A program made the translations under genes and the position numbers. From Aulosira sp. ZfuVER01 (GTDB taxonomy: Bacteria > Cyanobacteriota > Cyanobacteriia > Cyanobacteriales > Nostocaceae), in assembly GCA_034530615.2 (NCBI GenBank), contig JAVRCV020000065.1:32001-96000 (forward strand): DNA of 64,000 bases, written 5' to 3'. Positions 59,557 through 64,000 of this stretch are shown piece by piece (position 1 is the stretch's first letter; every line of letters begins with the position of its first letter). The notes under the pieces are model-generated. The model searched no databases and was not told where the DNA came from. It worked only from the letters and a program-made list of their open reading frames with translations.

Positions 59557-60627
59557 CTACTTACGTTCTGGATGCCCTGTCTCTTCTACTGTATGAATAC
59601 CCATCTGGTTAATAGCAGCAATCATCTGATATAAGCGTCCTAAATCGCGTTGATTGAAGTACAAAACAAGACGGGGTAATCCAATTGTTTCATCTTGACC
59701 TTCTTGCGATAATGCCTGACTTTTTTCAATTTTTCCTTTAACAAGAATATCGCTAAAGTCAGCATTGAGTTTTTCTACCTCAGCAACAGATAAATCTGTC
59801 GTCAGGCGAATCACTAACTGATCGCCTACGTAGCGGCTAGAGTGATAAACCTGGTAAAACCGCGTGATAGCATTGCAAGCTACATCTAGATTATCTGTCA
59901 CTGTGTACAGGCTGGGGTCATCGGGGCTAACAAGACCTGTTTGCACTAGTTGCCGATCGATGTATGCACTCCAAGACCGCCAATAATCGCCACCAGGACG
60001 ATCGATTAAAACTAGAGGTACTGGGCCAAATTTACCAGTCTGACTCAATGTCATGCACTCAAAAGCTTCGTCTTGAGTGCCAAAACCGCCAGGAAACAAG
60101 GCTACCGCGTCACTTTCTTTTAAGAGAAATAGTTTGCGCGTGAAAAAATATTTGAAGTGAATCAGCTTAGAATCGCCCTCAATAAAAGGGTTCGCCTGTT
60201 GCTCAAATGGCAATTGGATGTTTAAGCCAAAAGAATTTTCTCTTCCCGCACCTTCGTGACCGGCTTGCATAATCCCACCACCGCCACCTGTCATCACCAT
60301 AAATCCCAACTGAGTAACGGCGCGAGCAAACTGCATTGCTATGTAATACTCTGGTGTTTCTGGCGCTAGGCGAGCCGAACCAAAAATAGTTACTTTCCGG
60401 ACGTGTCGGTAGGCATAAAAGAGTTGAAAACCCCGTTCCATATCTGCTAGAGCAGCCGACAATATCTTCCAATCGAGACGCTCGATGTCACTATCAGCTA
60501 GACGCACTATGGTAGCAAGTGCCTGTTTGATGTATTGCTGATTTTTTAACGTCGGTAAGCGATCGATTAATTCAGCGATATCCGCTTGTAGAGACTCTAA
60601 TGTATCAAACGACGCAGATGAAGTCAT
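59557..60627 (-). CDS. LOG family (Rossmann-fold nucleotide-binding) protein
   Basis: VTIFGSAR, MTGGGGGIMQA, YFFTRK, FPGGFGTQDE. Confidence 0.9.
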   Translation of the reverse strand: MTSSASFDTLESLQADIAELIDRLPTLKNQQYIKQALATIVRLADSDIERLDWKILSAALADMERGFQLFYAYRHVRKVTIFGSARLAPETPEYYIAMQFARAVTQLGFMVMTGGGGGIMQAGHEGAGRENSFGLNIQLPFEQQANPFIEGDSKLIHFKYFFTRKLFLLKESDAVALFPGGFGTQDEAFECMTLSQTGKFGPVPLVLIDRPGGDYWRSWSAYIDRQLVQTGLVSPDDPSLYTVTDNLDVACNAITRFYQVYHSSRYVGDQLVIRLTTDLSVAEVEKLNADFSDILVKGKIEKSQALSQEGQDETIGLPRLVLYFNQRDLGRLYQMIAAINQMGIHTVEETGHPERK

Positions 60628-61373
60628 GATAACTGCTGCCACAATGGCATTATATTTTATCTAATTTTGGGGTGCTATGTATCAACTGTTGCACCGTTAG
60701 TCAGTCGCTAACAGCTTTTCTATATTGACCGACTACGCGATCGCAATAAAAAGCACCTGTGGTTAATTATCAACCAAGGCGCTAGTACCGCTACTTACTT
60801 TAAGTAAAGACGTTTTACCTCTACGCGGAATGAGAAATTACCAAAGTTCCGACCAAAGCAAACCTCTACTCAGATTGCTCTCAAAATTCAAAATTTAAAA
60901 AGCTTTTGTAGACTTGTAGCGGTGAAACAACACTGTTTTCGTAATGTCTGTGTCTGAATAACAAGAGTTTTTGTTAGTTCGTCCGCCAGACTTCTACTCT
61001 TTTGGAAAAGCCATAGGGTAGTTAGTGGTGTCGCCGCTGGTGACTGGTGTTGGTTTCTCTGCGGGCGATATTTAAAGACATTTCCCCATTCAGGTGACTG
61101 CAAACCTTTAGGGGATAGCAGAACCTGTTCGTCAGTCTTCAAAGGAAAATTCGCAGAGTTCGGGTATGAGACTTTATTTTTGCCAAGCTGTGTTAGGGAT
61201 GTCCCCAACAGATATAACAAAATTAATTTAGCAGCAGTAATCTAAAAAGATTTACCACTGTAAAAAGTTCTATTGAGACGCGAAATTTCGCGCCTCTCAA
61301 ACTTGTTTACAAATATTGACCTAAAAACTAGAACAAATGGAAAAATCAGAAGGATCTGATTAGGGATTGAGAT

Positions 61374-61697
61374 TCAAAGATATTTTTCCAATGTGTTAGC
61401 TAATGTAGTTTTAGGCACGGCACCGACGACCATATCAACCTTTTGCCCACCTTTAAAAATCATTAATGTGGGAATACTGCGGATGCCGTACTGACTGGCA
61501 ACATTAGGATTCTCATCAGTGTTGACTTTAACAACTTTTAGCTGACCTTCGTACTGAGAAGCAATTTCATCCACAACTGGAGCTACCATGCGGCAAGGAC
61601 CACACCAAGGTGCCCAAAAGTCAACTAAAACAGGTACTTCACTGTCGAGTACTTCTTGCTTAAACGTAGAATCCGTAACTTGTGCGGCTGCTGACAT
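61374..61697 (-). CDS. trxA: thioredoxin (m-type)
   Basis: [18 protein letters not shown]; guaB-Yfr1-trxA synteny. Confidence 0.96.
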   Translation of the reverse strand: MSAAAQVTDSTFKQEVLDSEVPVLVDFWAPWCGPCRMVAPVVDEIASQYEGQLKVVKVNTDENPNVASQYGIRSIPTLMIFKGGQKVDMVVGAVPKTTLANTLEKYL

Positions 61698-61820
61698 GCC
61701 TAAAAACCTTTGCCAATTATATTTCTGAGTTTCGTGAAAATTCTACCATAGCAAAAACAGCTGCTTAGGAGTGAAGGATGTACATTTGCAAAGAACTCTA
61801 GAATTTATTTATATAAACAT

Positions 61821-61889
61821 AAGGAACCGCCCGAACATAGTCCGGGCGGAGTGTGGTGTGAGGAGTGAACGGAAACATGCGTCTCCGCT
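61821..61889 (-). ncRNA. yfr1: Yfr1 small RNA
   Basis: Reverse complement AGCGGAGACGCATGTTTCCGTTC-ACTCCTCACAC-CACACTCCGCCCGGACTATGTTCGGGCGGTTCCTT: the conserved ACUCCUCACAC motif between two hairpins, located between guaB and trxA. Confidence 0.93.
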
Positions 61890-61895
61890 ATCTCT

Positions 61896-61901
61896 ATTGT
61901 A
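61896..61901 (-). promoter_or_regulatory. putative -10 box of yfr1
   Basis: TACAAT on the minus strand, 6 nt upstream of the predicted 5' end. Confidence 0.6.
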
Positions 61902-62019
61902 GGCGACATATGTAATTTTTCCAGTAATTGTTTAAGAGCCTGGAAAAATTTCCTGAAGGATGGAAGTTGCTATTTCCTAAGGATTAGGTATTTGCTATTT
62001 GGGCATAGGACATGGGGCA

Positions 62020-62200
62020 AACAAGGAGTGTGGGAGATGTGGGAGGATGGGGAAGATGAGGAGAAGCTCAGAATATATGTGGTTCGTTTCTCTCCTGTCT
62101 CCCCTGTCTCCCCACACTTCCTCATCTTCCTCTGCTTCCCCCTGCTCCCTGCTCCCCTGCGTTTTCTCCCTTGTCTTCCTTGTCTTCCTTGTCCCCCTTC
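62020..62200. repeat. STRR-type low-complexity tandem repeats
   Basis: GGGGAGGATGGGGAAGATG, (CCCCTGTCT)n, (CCCTGCTC)n, (CTTGTCTTC)n. Confidence 0.75.
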
Positions 62201-62202
62201 CT

Positions 62203-63366
62203 TTATTTACCCATGCCTAATTGTTGAGCTTTCTGGTAGACTTTGCCTTCAGTTAGTAGAGAAGGAGCAATCACAACTTCAACTTGCTGCATCTCCTTGA
62301 TATTTTTGGCTCCTAAGGTGCCCATACTCGTCTTTAAGGCTCCTAAAAGATTATGGGTGCCATCATCTAGTCCTGCTGGGCCAATGAGTATTTGCTCTAG
62401 GCTCCCAGTGGTGGCAACGCGAATGCGGGTGCCACGAGGTAATACAGGGCTAGGAGTTGCCATGCCCCAATGATAACCACGTCCGGGAGCTTCAGCGGCT
62501 CTGGCAAAAGGAGAACCAATCATCACACCATCAGCACCGCAAGCAATGCACTTACAAATGTCACCACCAGTGATTAAACCACCATCAGCAATCACAGGAA
62601 TGTAGTTACCAGTTTCTCGATAGTAATCATCCCGTGCGGCGGCGCAATCTGCGATCGCAGTTGCTTGGGGTACGCCTACGCCCAACACACCACGGGAGGT
62701 ACAAGCAGCACCAGGGCCAATTCCTACCAATACCCCAGCAGCCCCAGCTTTTAACAGATTCAAAGTTACTTCGTAGGTTACGCAATTCCCCAAGATTACG
62801 GGAATCGGCATAGAACGGCAGAATTCTGCCAAATCTAATGGCACAACAGATTCAGGTGAGAGATGTGCAGTAGACACTACCGTAGCTTGTACAAAAAATA
62901 AATCCGCCCCAGCCTTAGCTACTACTTCGCCATATTTACTTGCGCCGGCTGGCGTAGCACTTACTGCTGCTATCCCACCTTGTTGCTTAATTTCCTGAAT
63001 ACGTTTTTCAATTAATTCTGGCTTTATTGGTTCGGCATAGAGTTCTTGCATCAGGGACACAAATTCATCTTTGCCTACAGCGGCGATCCGATCTAAAATC
63101 GGTTCTGGGTCGGCATAGCGAGTTTGGATTCCTTCTAAATTGAGGACTCCTAAGGCTCCTAACTGTGATAAACGTACAGCCATACGCACATCTACTACGC
63201 CATCCATCGCACTGGCAATGATTGGGATTTCTCGCTCAATATTGCCAATCCGCCACCTGGTATCTGCCAAACTCGGATCGAGTGTTCTGTTACCAGGTAC
63301 TAAAGCAATCTCATCAATTCCGTAAGCTCTCCGAGCCGTTTTTCCCCGCCCAAGTTGAATATCCAC
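62203..63366 (-). CDS. guaB: IMP dehydrogenase family protein (GuaB3-type)
   Basis: [44 protein letters not shown]. Confidence 0.92.
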   Translation of the reverse strand: MDIQLGRGKTARRAYGIDEIALVPGNRTLDPSLADTRWRIGNIEREIPIIASAMDGVVDVRMAVRLSQLGALGVLNLEGIQTRYADPEPILDRIAAVGKDEFVSLMQELYAEPIKPELIEKRIQEIKQQGGIAAVSATPAGASKYGEVVAKAGADLFFVQATVVSTAHLSPESVVPLDLAEFCRSMPIPVILGNCVTYEVTLNLLKAGAAGVLVGIGPGAACTSRGVLGVGVPQATAIADCAAARDDYYRETGNYIPVIADGGLITGGDICKCIACGADGVMIGSPFARAAEAPGRGYHWGMATPSPVLPRGTRIRVATTGSLEQILIGPAGLDDGTHNLLGALKTSMGTLGAKNIKEMQQVEVVIAPSLLTEGKVYQKAQQLGMGK

Positions 63367-63540
63367 GCTTAAACTTTTCTCAATTCTGTTTAAGCTAGGG
63401 TATCAAATTGTGGGTGAACTTGGTGCAATTTTTTCACAAGTAACTGTCAGAAAGTAGCTCTTAAGAGAGCCAAAAAAATTGCTACAGCAGTTACCATGTT
63501 GAAACTGACTGTTGTAAGTAACCATGCAAAATTAATTACA

Positions 63541-63616
63541 GTCATTTCGAGCGTTAGCTGAAAGCGTTCCCGTTCGGCGAAGCCGTTCTCGAAGAGTAGG
63601 GTAGCGAAGCAATTCC
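63541..63616. repeat. nested small palindromic repeats
   Basis: GTCATTTCGAGCG...AGCGAAGCAATTCC enclosing GCGTTCCCGTTCGGCGAAGCCGTTCTCGAAGAGTAGGG. Confidence 0.45.
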
Positions 63617-64000
63617 AGGTGTCATTTAATGTGGGGAGACTTAAGCGGTTATGTCTGGGGAAAAACTCACCAGGAAATCACAGATCCAGTCGTAAATGAG
63701 CGAGAAAAACAGACATATTACGGTGCTGTTGACTATCTAAAACGACAATTACTGCGGAAACCTTAGGTATAACTACAAGCTTTTCAGTATCTTCTTTGCT
63801 GATATCCAGAATTTTTCAACATAAAATCTAAATTACTGTTGAGTTGCCAAATTCTCCTCATTCTCTAACAAATTATTAGTAGTATTCAGCACAATTTGGG
63901 CTGAACCTATGAAAAAATCGCGGTCAATTGTAGTTGGGATATCGCTAGGTTGGTGGTAGTGAGGAGTCCGCAGATTAGCAGTATCAGTTACTAAGACAGC

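Noticed and set aside
61992..62300. ORFs 61992-62300 and 61999-62220
   Set aside because: Translations of STRR low-complexity repeats.
6115..63325. Numerous short ORFs overlapping well-supported genes (e.g. 6115, 7414, 7435, 12529, 12548, 13156, 13495, 14519, 18260, 20858, 22839, 27757, 30951, 33137-34627, 35494, 36667, 38734, 39037, 44526, 47267, 53517, 56054, 60203, 62243)
   Set aside because: Antisense or alternate-frame shadows with no motifs.

Overview
Chromosomal window from a cyanobacterium, most likely a heterocyst-forming Nostocales. This rests on dozens of HIP1 GCGATCGC sites, STRR/SDR-type short repeats, plmA, devT and Yfr1. Most of it is core housekeeping: cobM, lgt, coaD-cdv3, cysS, rpmF, rnj-dapA-asd, tig-clpP-clpX, plmA, S1 protein, tRNA-Ser(TGA), devT, nadA with two NrtR-type boxes, LOG, trxA, Yfr1 and guaB3. 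A >1700-codon Ser/Thr kinase-AAA-GAF-His kinase gene (1-5135, minus) is missing from the ORF track because it runs off the window. Two accessory loci stand out. (1) 17307-22035 is a three-gene operon: Trypco1-like small protein, trypsin protease-AAA_35, and AAA_35-TM-TPR-periplasmic ligand-binding protein. It looks like a transmembrane, NTPase-gated protease switch. (2) 47067-54473 is an AT-rich island beside tRNA-Ser. It holds a ZorA/ZorB-like (MotA/MotB-type, long-tailed) pair without zorC/D, a divergent membrane-anchored sensor-less Ser/Thr kinase, a convergent McrA-like HNH nuclease, and intact and decayed toxin-antitoxin genes. It is a candidate Zorya-related defence/signalling variant. 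All family calls come from motif recognition by eye; no database search was run.
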